The notes beneath the pieces were generated by a model. That model worked only from the letters and a program-made list of their open reading frames with translations. It was not told the DNA's origin and made no database searches. From Octopus sinensis (lineage: Eukaryota): a stretch of DNA of 64,000 bases. The DNA lies in contig NC_043008.1 of assembly GCF_006345805.1 (NCBI RefSeq), forward strand, positions 40,114,001-40,178,000, in the 5' to 3' direction. Within the stretch, counting starts at the first letter, position 1. Every line of letters begins with the position of its first letter. Shown here in pieces: positions 1 to 13,180 of the stretch. A program made the translations under genes and the position numbers.

Positions 1-117
1 AAACGAATATTAAAAGAAAATGATGTATGATTTCATGCAGTCTTTCAATTGTTTGTCGAACTTCGATAAAAACGTTTAAAAACGTGATAACAGAGAACGA
101 TGGAAATAAAATATGTA

Positions 118-657
118 GATGTTTTCGAGCTAATTTGGATTCTTTGCCATCAAATTTGAATTTTTCAATTGGCACTCAAGCCTTGCAAAAAAAATAGAGT
201 TAAACTACTTCAGCTGTAAGGGAATACATGTCTATCATATCTAACTCGTCCCAGTAGAGCCCACCAATTGATATATGATAAGTTCTATGAAATAAATCAT
301 GAACACTGTGATAGCTTCTACCAAAACATGCTCCGTTACGTTGACCTATCTGAAAAAGGGGAGATAATTAACGAATGATTCTTTTTCTATTATCTCCCCT
401 TGTTCAGACCAGTCGATGTAACGTAGCATCTTTTGGTAGAAGCTATCACAGTGTTTATGAGTTATTTCATCGAACTTTTCAGATATCATTTTGTGGGCTC
501 CACTGGACGAGTTAGATAAGATAGACATGTATTCCCTTACGGCTGATGTAGTTTAACTCTTTTTTTTTCAAGGCTTGAGCACCAATTGAAGATTTGAAAT
601 TTGATTGCAAAGAATTCAAATTTCATGGCAAAGACTCCAAACAAGATCGAAAACATC
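118..657. mobile_element. Foldback/MITE-like element: one ~540 bp imperfect palindrome flanked by TA
   Basis: Starts gatgttttcga and ends tcgaaaacatc, with TA on both sides (116-117, 658-659). Arms 118-368 and 389-657 are reverse complements along their length (e.g. agctgtaagggaatacatgtctatc vs gatagacatgtattcccttacggct) around a 20-nt loop. Confidence 0.75.
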
Positions 658-1099
658 TATAAGTGACATTATTCCCACAAATAGTATACACAAATTAAGC
701 TGTATCAATAATATCAATGGTTTATTGAGTGAGTATTGTAAAAAGATAAAGTAAACTTCATATGATTATGTGCCTCAAATTTTAGTTCTAACACTTTTTT
801 CCCCTTGTTGATGTAAGCCCGAAATCTCATTTCAATTTTCAGAATAACATGTATTCTCTCAGCCTCATAGAAAGAGAAACAAGCATCAATTTTAATCAAT
901 AAGAATGAAATTCTGACTTGTGTATAGTTAGAATTGTCCCTTTGCATGTATGAATTTTGGGTTTAGCTCCATTGCACTGAGCTATAGACATGTGCTTCTC
1001 GACTGAAGCCTTGGGAAGGCTAATGACTTCTTAGCTAATTTGTTTTAGAGAAAGTATGCAGAACCCATCCTATATACACGCGCGGATTTATATATGTAT

Positions 1100-1130
1100 T
1101 ACAGGGGTTGGGCAAAATAATAGAAACACC
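1100..1130 (+). mobile_element. Isolated Tc1/mariner-like terminal inverted repeat end
   Basis: tacaggggttgggcaaaataatagaaacacc resembles a Tc1-type TIR after TA; no partner TIR found. Confidence 0.3.
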
Positions 1131-3318
1131 TCAAAATTTCAATCAATCCGTGGTAAAAAATACTAAAAAACATTTTCAGGGATAACAGTCGTTAATTGAG
1201 ACGGTAGGTTGCTGACTTTTTCTTATCGAATTACGATAACTTGAAAATAGTCTTTTTTATATTTCACGGTAGGCAATCAGGTTTAACGGGTATGCGAACG
1301 AATATGTGTGTGTTTGTGTATGCATATATGCATGTATGTATGTGTCATTGTGCTTCTGTTTGCACTCTCCTAGGATGGATAATCGGTTTTGCATTCTTTA
1401 CCAAGGCGTATCTAAACGTTTTGTTAAAAGACAAAGGTGTTTTGACAAGTATTAGACTTTAAAATACGTCGATTCCTTCTATTAAATCAACAAGGCAGCA
1501 CTCCATCATAGTCGCGGCTCCATGAGTAGAATTAGCAGAACTGTAAAAGTATATTTATCATATTTCCAAAGCAGCAGAAGGCAAACTTTTGAAATTAGTA
1601 CTTTGTAATAAAGTAAGTTATGTTTATTTGCCATATCTCTAGTGACATGCAGCAATTACAAATCTAAAGATTAATCGTCTTTAAACTTGGTACCTCGCCA
1701 AGTCCCGGACAAGAATAAACACAAACTGCCAAAGAGTTTCATGTGTCTGTCTGTAAAACTACAGATTTGCACTGTGCTTATAAACTTGTTTCTTAAACTG
1801 CAATGAGTATATTATTAGGAAATTCTTATAGAATGAGCGATAGACACTCATAGAAAGTAACTGTAAATTGTTTGTTACGTTCATATTGGATTTCCTTAGA
1901 TGACTCGTTCCCTTATTTACCTGCAGTCAATTCTTTCTCTCTTCAACTATATTCATTGACTGTTGTTACACAGCAGCCATACTCCGACCATGTTTCTGTA
2001 ACCTAAACAAACTAACAAGTATTCTTAAGGGGTGTAGGGACATACACTAGGACACCCTAACAGACTCACACGTACGCGCGTACACACAAACACACGCACA
2101 CAGTCACACACACACACACACACATATTCTGCCTGCTTTTGCAGTTTCCCTGACTTAGTTCATTCACAAGCCATTCGTTCTCCATGGACTATGGTAGATG
2201 GCACTTACCTAATTTACCGTTCAGTGAAGTCTAAACCATGCTGTTGCTTAACTTTATAGTCTGAAAATTAGCTACCCTCTGTCAGAAAATAAAATCTATA
2301 CTTCACAAAAAAAGGGAAAAACCGATAATAACTTGATATCTAAGAAGACAGAGTTAGAGCACTCTTTGAATATATTTCATCTTAATTAGACATTTAATAC
2401 ATGTGGAAAATAGATACATATAACACTCTTAAATATTTAGTCACTCTTCAACATTTGCACTTGCAAAGAATTGTTAATAAACAAATTTTCTAATAATTTA
2501 AATTTATAGATATATATAATGCTTAATATAGTAATGCTCGGTTTTTTGACGCTTCTAAACTGTCTATAATCGAAACAGAAAACATTGAGGTTTCTAAGTT
2601 TAAGTAGAACTTTCTAAATAGACACCCTTGAACATATCGATTACAGTCTGTGTTATTTAACTACATTCGTTGACACGGAACAATATTTTGCAAAGGTGAC
2701 AGGGGAATGCAATAATTCTTTAAAAGCATAAAATAATGGAATAAAACTCTTTTCGAAATTAATTATTATTCCCAGAACAGATTGAAACTGGACATTACAA
2801 AATCATCAATCATTTTGTTGCTTTTGTTTTGCTAGTTGGGGAGCACATGGTTAATATATGGCTAACGACCTAAAGGAGAGTAACATTAGCTTTGAGACAT
2901 TCATAAGCAAGAACCGGAGTCGGTCGAAGGCGAATAGTAATTTTAACGTTTAATTTGCATTATTTTCGTAAAATATCATAAGTCTAAAGGTATTGTAGCA
3001 AATGATGCGGCTGCTTGTTTGTAGATGTATCGAGCTGTCCATGATCTTTCAACGGTGAAACAAGGCTAGCAGCTCAAGTAAAGTTGACTTCACTTTGAGC
3101 TGTTCAATCTATCTGGAAACATCTATGCACGGTTCACTTATTTGAATAATGAGAATTATAAACAATTATTTTTTTAGAGAATAAATAGCTTATGTCGACA
3201 CCTACTTTTGAAGGATGATAGATAGGTTAATTTAATATATTTTGCTCCGATTATCGACATGGGATCACTTAATATACAATCAAAAGGTATAACATTGCGC
3301 CAACAACTTATTTCTTTT

Positions 3319-3600
3319 TGTTGTGGCGAGAGTCACGACACCCCCTGCGAGAATAGACTTGACCGAACGGCAATAAATAGTAGTGGTCTGAGTGAGAAAC
3401 AGAGGGAATGGGCGTTAATCGCAGGAAGTCGTAAGGTGTCGCTTTGCTAATTTGTCGGGATATCGTTTGTTAGTATGTGTATAGTTCACGGAGAGTTGGT
3501 TAGATTGTTACATGGCTGTTACCCTGCTTCGTTATATATTTTAATGTTACCACACAATTATAGTGTAAACAAGTATCGTCATAAATATGGTGATACTACA
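3319..3600 (+). mobile_element. Solo-LTR-like repeat (TG...CA termini); partial related copies at 47223-47305 (+) and 55122-55147 (-)
   Basis: Begins tgttgtggcgagagtcacgacaccccct, contains a TATA-like aataaatagtag and ends actaca. The same 5' start recurs twice in the window. No TSD seen. Confidence 0.4.
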
Positions 3601-4089
3601 ATAGACATGTCATAGAAATACAGGGAATTTGAGAGAAACATTTTAGAAGGGAATTTTAGAAGTTTTGACAGGAGAAGGAGACTGTAGGTTTATCAAATTG
3701 AACTAATATATTTCTAAATTTTCTGCTTATTATGAGAATATTTACATCTCATGAGACCTTATCCTCATTGTGCCAGTTTTCCTGCCTTTCTTTGCTTTCT
3801 CAAAATCTACAAAAACCGTTCATGGAATATAATCACATTCAAAATGATATTCAATGTATATAGCATATAATGCAAGCCAACAATTGCATTAAGAATATTA
3901 AAATTTATTTAAAGTCGTTGTGCATCAATTAGGGTTAGAAGAAATGGGTTTTAGGTAACGATTAAGAACTGCTAATTTATTCGTACCGTGTTAACCAATA
4001 TCGGTAACCTTGATATTAATGTTCATAGAGAGAAAATATAGAATTAGTAAGTATGCAGTCATCATTAAATTCACCATTAGTCAACATGG

Positions 4090-5490
4090 ATGGAATTGGC
4101 AAATGTGCTGAATGATTTGCAAATTATTCTATAACGTTTCACCCCGTAATGCACCGTCAAAATTTATCGTAGTTTTCTCAGTCTTGTTTCATTTTATTTG
4201 GAAAAATGCGAGCAAGAGAAATGATATTCTCATGATCATAAACCTGGAAAAGTAGAGGACAAAGTATTACACTTGGTAAAGTTCATGACAAGTTATTACA
4301 TCCGGTAAAGTAGAGAACAAGAACAATTTTACTTAAAATATTGCCGTGAAGGTGAAAATTTCAAATAAAATATTTAGGTTTAGAGAATACCAGCTTTGTT
4401 AACACTAAGAATGTTATTAATAGTTATTACTTGTAATTTTTATTACTTATTACTTCTATTAAAAATTCTAGAAATAATTCAAAATATTTTTTGCACTTTA
4501 AAAATATTGTTTTTTAATTATCAATTACTAATTAGAAATTTGAAAATAAATTATAAAAAAATAATTGTAGTACAATTAGTTAGTACAATAAATATAATAA
4601 TACAAAAATTAGTTATATATCACAGTAAAATATACCTATAACAACAAATTCACAGTAAAGTTTGCTTGAGTTATTACCTGTTATTGTCAAGTCTTCACAT
4701 TTTTAATTTTGACGCAATGACTATTTTTTACATAGAGTTTGCCTACCATATATATACTGTTCTACTTTGCATAACTATTTTAAGAAAATTATGGTGTTTT
4801 TTTAAAATTATAATGTTACTTTTTAAATTAAAAACAAATAAATTTTAATATTCATATTTTATCCTTAGCTGCAATGTTTTAAGTAAAGTGGAGGCGCAAT
4901 GGCCCAGTGGTTAGGGCAGCGGACTCGCGGTCGTAGGACCGCGGTTTCGATTCCCCGACCGGGCGTTGTGAGTGTTTATTGAGCGAAAACACCTAAAAGC
5001 TCCACGAGGCTCCGACAGGGGATGGTGGTGATCCCTGCTGTACTCTTTCACCACAACTTTCACTCACTCTTACTTCCTGTTTCTGTTGTACCTGTATTTC
5101 AAGGGGCCAGCCTTGTCACTCTCTGTGTCACGCTGAATATCCCCGAGAACTACGTTAAAGGTGCACGTGTCTGTGGAGTGCTCAGCTACTTACACGTTAA
5201 TTTCACGAGCAGGCTGTTCCGTTGATTCGGATCAACCGGAACCCTCGTCGTCGTAACCGACGGAGTGCTTCCATCCATCCATTTTAAGTAAAATATTCTT
5301 GTTCTGTAATTTAGCAGATGTAATAACTTGCCATGACCTTTTCCAAGTATAATCACTTATCGTGTACTTTTCCAGGTTTATGATTTTATGAATAATATTT
5401 TTCTTGCTCGCAAATTCCCATGTAAACCATGTTTTTCCACGCTATGTTATTATGCTAATTAAGAATATGCCAAATGTACCAATTAGCGGT
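4090..5490. mobile_element. Decayed foldback element with long inverted arms and an AT-rich spacer, right arm interrupted by a SINE
   Basis: The reverse complement of ~4200-4345 (gcaatattttaagtaaaattgttcttgttctc...cttttccaggtttatgat...ttcttgctcgca) matches 4871-4887 plus 5283-5412. Weaker similarity extends outward. Confidence 0.6.
4888..5281 (+). mobile_element. Full-length tRNA-derived SINE (octopus-type family 1) with 11-bp TSD
   Basis: A box tggcccagtgg (4900-4910), B box ggtttcgattcc (4943-4954), (ccat)n tail, TSD ttttaagtaaa at 4877-4887 and 5282-5292. Homologous to 39179-39563 and 60205-60580. Confidence 0.92.
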
Positions 5491-5679
5491 GTCGTTGATA
5501 ATTGTCTCCTTACCTCAATGATGCTGGTGACATATATTAAAAGTCCCCGTATATTCATTAAAAATGGATAGAAATATATCATCACACTTAAATTTGAGAA
5601 ACAAGCACTCATAACTCTTTTCATTTGAAACTTCATTGCATGAGATTGATACTATGAAATTCCTCGAATTGAGCTCTAT

Positions 5680-5760
5680 AAGGATAATTCTAAGGATAAA
5701 GAAATAAGAACCCACAGTATGCTGAAAGTCATAGCCACTCAAAATAAAAAAAAACAATAG
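5680..5760 (+). mobile_element. 81-bp fragment of the RLE-LINE found at 8454-8535, in inverted orientation
   Basis: Near-identical reverse complement of 8454-8535, about two differences by eye. Confidence 0.8.
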
Positions 5761-6573
5761 CTTAGTTAAAATATAGTTTGTTTTTAAAATAAAAAAGGTA
5801 TTTAGATCTAAACGTGATAGGAGGCGTTACATACACTCCAATAACATTGCTAAAACGTTTGATATAAACCTTTTTCTATTGGATGGGATCTCAATTACTT
5901 AATGTGAAGATGAAGCTAGGGACCAGCGCTCATCAAAAATGTCAACAATTTCCAATTTGTTTAAGAACTGAATTAGCGACAAGCTCTGAAATATCCTGCT
6001 GCGTGTGAGTAAATTGTTGCCTTAAGGATATTATTCAACTACTACCGTTGTTGAATTATTTGTATGGAATCAAAATTAAGAACCCGTTTTGGTTTGACTT
6101 GGTCTCGTCTCTAACCCAATAACATTTGTAAATTGTCATTTATATAGTGGAGATCTGCTTGGATTATGATTGTTGAGTTTTGAAACAATTATTGATATAT
6201 ATATTTATTATAGGCTCTTTCAAACGACGGCGTTCTGCCTCAAAAGTGCACATTATCAATACAGTTGCACCATCATATAATAACTCCCACTGATTTCCTA
6301 TTAGTTTTCATAGCAGTCATTTTTCTCTTCTTAGAGTTTCATATCATGTCCAGCCACTTTATAACGTAAGCGTTGACAAATTGCCAGAAAACGCTGCAGG
6401 TTAACAGGCATTCATATCATTGCTAAACATTCTATTTTTGGTTTAATATTTCTACGGGTATTACTGATTGTTTCGATTGATTCATATCTTCAAATCACGT
6501 CCATATGGAATTATAATATAATTGGGTAGTTTAAAAGAATTTATTTCTTCATATCTACTAATATAAATATATA

Positions 6574-6647
<74 letters not shown>

Positions 6648-7861
6648 CACAATATGTATGCAATCATTTTCATTTTATATATGTTGGTTTTTAACCAGTG
6701 TCATACAACAATCAAAATGGTCAGAATAATCGCTTCAGGTACATTACATTCGTATAAATTGTATCAAAAATATATAACATATATCTTTATTTTCTAAATT
6801 TTTCATATACAGATTATGGATTTTATTCTAACATATCTTAGAGCAATTAAAATGTGTAGAATCATAGCTTCAGATTCATTAGATTTCATGAAAAGATAAT
6901 GAATGCCTGCGGTTTCGGCACGCCCATATAAATTTTTCTCGAGTACACCTTCAGCAAATTAAATTTTGTTATATCAATTCTCATAGCAAATAATCAGCTA
7001 CAAGTCTTTAACGAATATAATATTTGAAGCAACCAATGCAAAAGTACGCTCGACATGACATTATTCAATAAATATATTGTATTATTTATATTAGAAAATT
7101 TTAGTTTTCAATTTATTTCTCAAGGAGTGGTTATATTTGAAAGACAAGACGGCGATGATCGACGTTCGTTTATTTGCAATATTTTATTCATTCATCTTCT
7201 GTTATAATTTCTATATATCGTTTTGTTATGACATCGGTTGAGTACTATGTGGGATAAAGAACATTGTCATACAGAAATTAACATATTTCTATGAATGCAA
7301 AATATAAAACTAAACTGAAATTTTCATGACAAAAAGAAAGAAGCTACCATTTTTCGCGTTTTTATTTTACTTATTGCAGTCATTGCATTGCTGCAATGCT
7401 GGGGCACCATCTTCATGTGTTTCTGAAAACTAGAAGTATGATATATATGACAAGGGCATAGCAATAAAAATAATCAATCACATCTCAATTTTGGTTATTA
7501 ACTTAACAGTTAAGGTCTTATTTCTTAACATCATAGCCTCTTCCTCTATGAATGTTATTAACCACATTCTTCAAAGCATTTCTCATATTTTATATTGTAG
7601 GAAGGAACCCACAAATGCTTTTCAAATATAGAATTTAACAAGTAGATGCATATATCGTATATACCTGCAGGTATTATTTCAATAAAATTTATAAACATAT
7701 TGTAACATCGTAATTTAATGTCTAGACATGTAAACGTTCTATAAGCATACTAAACACAGCAAATCAAGAATCCAGTACTATGTCATTAACATCTTGTCCT
7801 TCCCTCTCTCAGTCTCTTCCTCACTATGATCGTTGTGACCTGATTAATATATATATATATA

Positions 7862-9250
7862 TCATTATTCAGTTTTATTTCAATATTCCTTGCCAATAGA
7901 GAAAGAGCCGATTTCAAACATAGCTCCAAGATTGCTGTATTCGAAATTCAAACAACGGTATTTTTGTATGTATGTATATATGTATGTATACGTGCAAAAT
8001 TGTATGTTTTCTTTTATGCATTTTTTTCATCATGCGCATACTTGCACAACTAGATATGTTCCTATATGTTTAAATGATAAACGTCTTGAAAGATTTACAG
8101 ACATTTGCAGCTCCAGTGATATCTGGGATTTGTAGTCATAGAATCAGGTTTCGCTTTTCTGGTTTTAAGCAGCCTAACTTCTCAAGATTGGTATTTATGC
8201 AGTGTGTTACATATCCTAGTGTTCCAGTAATTACAGGTATAAATCTGAACTTGTAAACTGGCTACAGTAACTGCACATTTCTCAATAGTTCAGCGTTGGT
8301 ATTTTCTTTTTCATTGATTTTCAAATTTCTGTTACCATCCGCTAGGCAGCTAATTTTCACAACAGCAAACAGCTTCTCGTCTCAGTTCCAAATCATTATA
8401 TCAAGCCTATCGCGTTTGCATTTTATTCAGGTTTTCACTGGGGCGTTCTATCACTATTGTGTTTTTTTTATTTTGAGTGGCTATGACTTTCAGCATACTG
8501 TGGATTCTTATTTCTTTATCCTTAGAATTATCCTTTCGACAGATCTTGTTCTATAGTGCTTTATCTGAAACATTGCGTCTCATCGGCAGATAATACCGTG
8601 ATGGCATTTTCGGACAACTACTTATGGTCGGGGTGATATCTTCGGTGTTAACTCCACAAAGTCTGCATCGATTGTCATATTTTGCCGCATTTCTTGCATC
8701 TGTGTCCCTTTCTTGCATAAAATACTTGGTTGGTATTTTTTACTCTGGTTTGCAAACGCATACCCTTCACAGTGGGAGGTGGTACTCCGATGATTGGTCT
8801 ATGATAGACTGCTTTGATAATCAATGTTACTCTCATGTCAGTGGTTTCTACTAATATATCCATGCATGATGTTCTGATCATATACGCTCATCCTTTCATC
8901 TGATATGTTGCGGTGGAGTCGGGCGACATTTTGGGCATGTATTTAAGGTTTCTATTAGTCTAGCCACATTGAGACTAGTTTCCATCTTTGCTCCCACAAC
9001 TCTGACATTACAGTTTTATTTATTAACAATTGCTCGGCACATGCTTAGACTCCCTTCTTCTAACTGCTATTTCTACTGTGATGATATCATTACTCTCACT
9101 GTTGTCTTGGACGAAGAGGTTTGAACATGCTGTATATATCATATACATTAAGTTCTGGCATGCAATTGGCCGGCAGTCTTTTGCTATGTGGGTGGTTCTG
9201 CATTTGAGGATCAGCTTTGTCTCTGCCAGAGCTAAGCAGTGAACATCAGA
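7862..9250 (-). mobile_element. Decayed, internally deleted R4/Dong-type (restriction-like endonuclease) non-LTR retrotransposon
   Basis: Minus-strand translation gives the RT N-terminal motif AKDCRPIACQNLMYMIYT, a CCHC-knuckle remnant RCRLCGVNTEDITPTISSCPKMPSRYYLPMR, and an RLE region (xDIMIWN...KISCLAD...KINEKE...FRFIPVITGTLG). It carries stops and frameshifts, with a 3' UTR ending aataatgat. Confidence 0.85.
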
Positions 9251-10865
9251 GAAGTATGTAAGCATGAATGTATGTATGTATGTATATATGTATATATGTA
9301 TGTATGCATGTATGCGTGTATGTATATATGTATGCATGTACGAGGGTACTTATACATGTGCATGTATATGTGTATGTCTGTTTGCGTGCATAAAAGATAA
9401 ATAGACAAAGAGAGAATTGATGGAAGTCGACAGATAAATACGCCTACGCCTCTTACACTCTTTATCGTTTAGAGCGTTAAACGTCGATGTAATTCAAAAT
9501 TATTCACCACCTGCTGTTGCAATTCCATTACACAATGTCATGAAACTTTATTGATGTTCTAATGCGATATATAAAATTCCCATTTCGAAAGAGAAATGTA
9601 TTACTATTTCAACATTGTTTCTCTTTTCCTCAGTTATATGCCAATGTTCAGCGTGAGATTAAAATTCATCCTTGTCCACTACACACCAGATGTATTACGT
9701 TACTATCAACTGAGAAACAACTTTTTCATGGTGATCGCCATAAGTCATATGTTTTCACTACATTCGCATGGCAACTCGTCGATACGTTATTGTCTATTTT
9801 TCAGAGCACCTTCAACCGCTTTGCTATCATTACACTTGATTTACCAATAACATAAAAGAGCAATAGCTCAGTCGATAATGTATTGGAGTATTGATTGGTA
9901 AACATACATTCAGAACTGAACTACTCGTTACGTTAGTATCTAAGCTATTTACTAAATTCAGCATTACCTCAGTTTACAAGCATCTAGGTAATAGGCAGAT
10001 AATCTTAGAATAATATCGGATATAGTGTGCCACGTTTATTTTTCATCTGCTTAGCGTCATAAAGGAAGAAACATGTAAGTGCAAGATTTATTATTTTTAG
10101 TGTTTTCTAAAAGCCTGTTTAGGAAACATTTACACTTACAAGGAATAATTTACCAATATTGGATGATTTTTTAAAATTTATTTCTGTATTATTCTGGCAT
10201 TTTGCTACAAATTTCTCTAAACTAAGATCCGCTCTGAAGTCGTCTAGAGTATTCTAAATTCTCGAAAGGCAGAGGGTAGGAAACACTAGTACATGATGTA
10301 ATATAAGATAAATTTCTACTCAGATATTATTTTGCTGTGTAGTTTTGAATATGATTCGCTTAAATTTGTTTCTTTTGTAGTAAAATTCTCTAGGCAATAA
10401 CATCGGCAACAACTGTAACTCATGGAACAGGATTAAGATTTGTGCACCACGAATTCCATCTTGTAGAATTTTTGTCATTCTGTGGTGTCTTCCAATAATT
10501 TTCCATTTAATCACATGGGACAATAAATCTCATAAACGCATTTCATTTATCCTGCCTTACATACATAAATGCATGCATACATATATACATACATGCATAC
10601 ATACGTTCGTAAGTAACACATACATATATGCATGTATACATTCATGCCCACAAGTATATATAGATGTATATATATATGTTTTTGCGCGCGTATTTCACTG
10701 GCGCCATTTCATCTTCACGACAATTAAAGAAAAGGGTATAAAACTTGCATAAAAGGCTTTCTGAAGGAACTGAAGAGAGTTAGCTTTGAACAGAACTCTG
10801 CGGATTAGCACTATTATGGGCAGACTGTTCCCATATATGCGCACACACACACACAACACACACCA

Positions 10866-10866
<1 letters not shown>

Positions 10867-10898
<32 letters not shown>

Positions 10899-10985
10899 TA
10901 CATATATATATATACATATATATATAATACATATATATATATATTTATATACATATATATATATTTATATACATATAATATATTT

Positions 10986-11016
<31 letters not shown>

Positions 11017-11018
11017 TC

Positions 11019-11050
<32 letters not shown>

Positions 11051-11082
11051 TTATAATATATATATACATATATATATATATT

Positions 11083-11113
<31 letters not shown>

Positions 11114-11190
11114 TTATATATATATACATATATATATATATTATATATATATATATACATTATATTTATATATATACATATATATATATA
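10867..11190. repeat. (TA)n-type microsatellite; similar tracts at 6566-6645, 13055-13180, 23475-23742, 36722-36796, 37000-37408, 47460-47555, 50215-50583, 53030-53145, 59940-59990, 61680-61880
   Basis: Direct inspection; these give the YIYI ORFs in the track. Confidence 0.97.
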
Positions 11191-13054
11191 CACCTCTTCG
11201 TCAATCTTTCCATCCAGCCCTCACTTCACTTCCACTATCTCCAACACCTCTGTCTCCTTCCTCGACATTTCGGTTAGCATTCTTCACTCCACCTTACCAC
11301 CCTCATTCACTACAAACACACAGACTCACACTCATACCTCACTTCTCTTCCTCCACCCAGAACACACCAAGCTTTCCATCCCCTATTCCCATTTCCTCCG
11401 TCTACGTAGGCTCTGTAGTGACGACCATGACTTTGAGACTCAGTCTCAACGTATGGCTCACCACTTCACCCTACGTGGATACCCCCTTACCACTATCCAC
11501 ACCGCCCTTGCCAGAGCACGGTCCGTGGACCGTGTATCTGCTCTCTATCCCCGAACCCGCCCTGTAGTCTCCCGCCTCCCTTTTCCCCTCACTTACCACC
11601 CCACGACCCTACGTCTCCAACGCACCATTCTTCGAGCTTTCCGTCATCTCCAGTCCGACCGTCCACTCACACCTCTTCCCTAACCGACCCCTCCCCTCTT
11701 TAAACGAGCCCACAACCTTCGAGACCTTTTGGTCCAAGCTCCTTCCCTGACCCTACCTCCCAACCCGGCTCGTTCCCATGCTCCCGCCCACGTTGCCGCA
11801 TTGCCCTTACCTCTCCAACACCACCCGCCTCACTAGCACCCACCATCGACCCTATCCCATCATCCACTCCTTCATGCACCTCCAGCAATATATATTGCAT
11901 CTCTTGCTCTCTCTGCAATTCCTTGTACATCGGACAAACGGGACGCCGCTTGGCTGACGGTTCGCGGAACACCTTCGTGACATCCACCTTGCGAACGACA
12001 CACCGGTCTCACGCCATTTCCGCTCCACCGGTCACTCCTTGCAACACCTATCTGTGTTCGGTTTGTCCTTACACAGAGGCCATCCGGATTCCGTTGCGCC
12101 GTGAACAGGAATTAATCTTCTCTCTTCGCTCTTATACGCCATTTGGTCTCAACTCTCCCCCCCCTCCTCATATAACCCCCTCCCCCTCCTCACCTATCCT
12201 TTTCTCCCCCCAGACCCCTATTCTTCAGTCCTTCATCCTTTCACCCCTACTCCCCTTCCCTTCTTCCCTTTTCTCCCTCCCTCTTCCCCTTCATTCTGAT
12301 CCCTCTCTCCCCTTCCTTCTCTCCATCCTCTCCTCTTCCCCCTTTCCCTCCCCCTTTCTCCCTTCCCCTTCTCTCCCCCTCTTCTCCCTCCCCCTCTTCT
12401 CCTCACTAACCACATGACTTTACACATCACATCACATATGATGTGCCATACTAATACACACACCAATAATACATACTAATACGTACTAATACATACTTAC
12501 ATACTAATACTTACACCAACCCTATACAACACACGTCAGACCCCGCATACGCACTTATACTCTCTCACACACACACACACCTATACATACCAATACGTAC
12601 TAATACATTAATACATACTAATACATACACCAAACCCCAACATATGCACGTCCAGACCAATCCTACGCACTAATACTCTCTCATACACACACACCCTTAT
12701 ACAACTAATACATACACAAAACCTATACATACACACATCCAGACCTCTCCCACGCACTTTAGGGTCCCTCAACCCATTTATCAACCCTTTATCTCCCTTA
12801 TTTCGCTATCGCGTCTCATGTTTTGATCTTTGACCTCTGGCCGAAATCAGATCGCCATGTGATTCGTTAGCTACTGCACGCATTTTTTTCTCTCCTTCTT
12901 TCTGGTTTTCTCTCTCTGTGTATCTTTCTGTTGAAGAGCGTAGGCTCGAAACGTTAAAGACTGGTTTATTTATATTTCCTGAGCGCCATACTAATACAAT
13001 TGTTCGTTGTTTTCCACCTGCCTTCGTCTTTGTTTATTTCATAAAGCTTCCCGT

Positions 13055-13055
<1 letters not shown>
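11191..13055 (+). mobile_element. 5'-truncated, frameshifted Penelope-like element (RT C-terminus, GIY-YIG endonuclease, pyrimidine/CA-rich 3' region and pseudo-LTR)
   Basis: Translates to FLDISVS...[10 protein letters not shown]...[28 protein letters not shown], and IYCISCSLCNSLYIGQTGRRLAD/RFAEHLRDI...REQELIFSLRSYTPFGLN. The tail carries a hammerhead motif and both ends abut (TA)n. Confidence 0.92.
12923..12960 (+). ncRNA. Minimal type I hammerhead ribozyme motif with CUGUUGA core variant
   Basis: tcttt-CTGTTGA-a-gagc(gtag)gctc-GAAA-c-GTT-aaaga: stem I tcttt/aaaga, stem II gagc/gctc, palindromic AACGTT at stem III. Confidence 0.65.
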
Positions 13056-13119
<64 letters not shown>

Positions 13120-13180
13120 CATATATATATATATTATATATATATATATACATATATATATATACATATACATATATATA

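Noticed and set aside
1695-2002. Exon-like segments at 1921-2002 and 1695-1750 (MKLFGSLCLFLSGTWR)
   Set aside because: Downstream acceptors lead to immediate stops; there is no supporting homology.
4380-4860. Extremely AT-rich stretch resembling a mitochondrial rRNA/control-region NUMT
   Set aside because: No diagnostic rRNA or tRNA motif was recognised, and it is better explained as the spacer of the surrounding foldback element; a BLAST against mitogenomes would settle it.
10786-11277. 163-aa YIYI-rich ORF and many similar ORFs (23409-23751, 35437-35894, 36906-37342, 50122-50640)
   Set aside because: They are translations of (TA)n, (TATC)n and (CA)n microsatellites.
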